From: Phaeosaccion multiseriatum
Taxonomy: Eukaryota; Protista; Ochrophyta, other classes
Length of the DNA: 64,000 bases
Direction: 5' to 3'
NCBI GenBank assembly: GCA_965112735.1
Contig: OZ218959.1
Coordinates: 2,604,001-2,668,000, forward strand
Shown here: positions 63,296-64,000 of the stretch, one piece after another
How positions within the stretch are numbered: the first letter of the stretch is position 1
Layout of the letters: every line of letters starts with the position of its first letter
Translations under genes and position numbers: made by a program
Notes under the pieces: model-generated
What the model was told of the DNA's origin: nothing
Databases searched by the model: none
Seen by the model: the letters and a program-made list of their open reading frames with translations, nothing else

Positions 63296-63835
63296 GCCTG
63301 CTGGACCTCGAGCCGCGTTCCCCTCTCCCCTCTCGCGCCCTTCTCTACTTCCAGCGCTTCCAATCTCCTCCCCTACTAAGTCAATAAGTAGTTCCTGACC
63401 GACTCCTCTGGGGCTGTGGACACTTGCTGCCGCCGCCTCCGACCCGCAGATGCCTTGGACTCAGGAATCGATGGAAGCGCCCCATACTGACGAGTGACTG
63501 TGAGCAGAGCCACCCCGGATGCTCAAGCGGAGCCAGGCTCGCACGCACACACGCACGCACGCACGTACGCACACGCACGCACGCACGCACTTGGCGCAGC
63601 GCAAGCAACGTAGCATCGGTAGCGGATCAGATTCTGACAGCGCCGCCGCTATTGGAGTCTTTAGTAGAGAGAGAGAGAGTGCTTGGACAGAAGTGCAGTA
63701 GACCGAGGGAGCGAGGTTCAGGGCAGAGCAGCGCAGAGCTCTGACAAAGTGGCTCCTGTATGCGCGTGTGACCTTATAAGGACACGAAACCCTTCCTCAT
63801 CGAATAGTGTTTGATACACACACAAACAACACACA

Positions 63836-63900
<65 letters not shown>

Positions 63901-64000
63901 TGTAGGAAAGGGAAACAACTTCTCATCGTAAATGTATGTAGCACTTCTGATGTGACCGACAATGGTAGAGGAGCTGCCGCCCAGTCACACCAAACGCTGT

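Noticed and set aside
63376-64000. Terminal exons of a minus-strand gene entering from the right edge
   Set aside because: Exon-like stretches and donors exist, but I could not build a consistent frame or recognise a product.

Overview
Eukaryotic nuclear DNA, not prokaryotic. It is GC-rich and gene-dense, with spliceosomal GT-AG introns that mostly carry long microsatellites. An axonemal dynein intermediate chain implies a flagellated organism; a protist/alga such as a stramenopile is only an inference. I reconstructed about ten intron-containing genes by hand: (1) a partial, probably dual-acylated MGxxC protein at the left edge; (2) an 11-kb surface protein with signal peptide, bacterial-type RTX repeats, mucin stalk, FG-GAP repeats and a TRP-like multi-pass domain, whose frame needs a 4-nt micro-exon; (3) an OCA/Siw14-family pseudophosphatase; (4) an EB1-like CH protein; (5) a NEMP/TMEM194-like protein; (6) a protein with a split FHA domain and a piggyBac-type Cys/His finger; (7) DNAI3/WDR63; (8) a LYPLA-type thioesterase; (9) a giant kinesin-3-like motor; (10) a PPR protein. 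Mobile DNA includes a 2.4-kb TIR element with an AAT target duplication and a PIF/Harbinger-like transposase relic, plus three related tiny TIR elements. The most striking unexplained signal is the motif GCTGTATCACCAACTGC. Its core GTATCACCAA occurs exactly 12 times (about 0.12 expected for uniform sequence), on both strands, in four coding frames of unrelated genes, in an intron and in intergenic DNA. Exon boundaries were read by eye and need RNA-seq confirmation.
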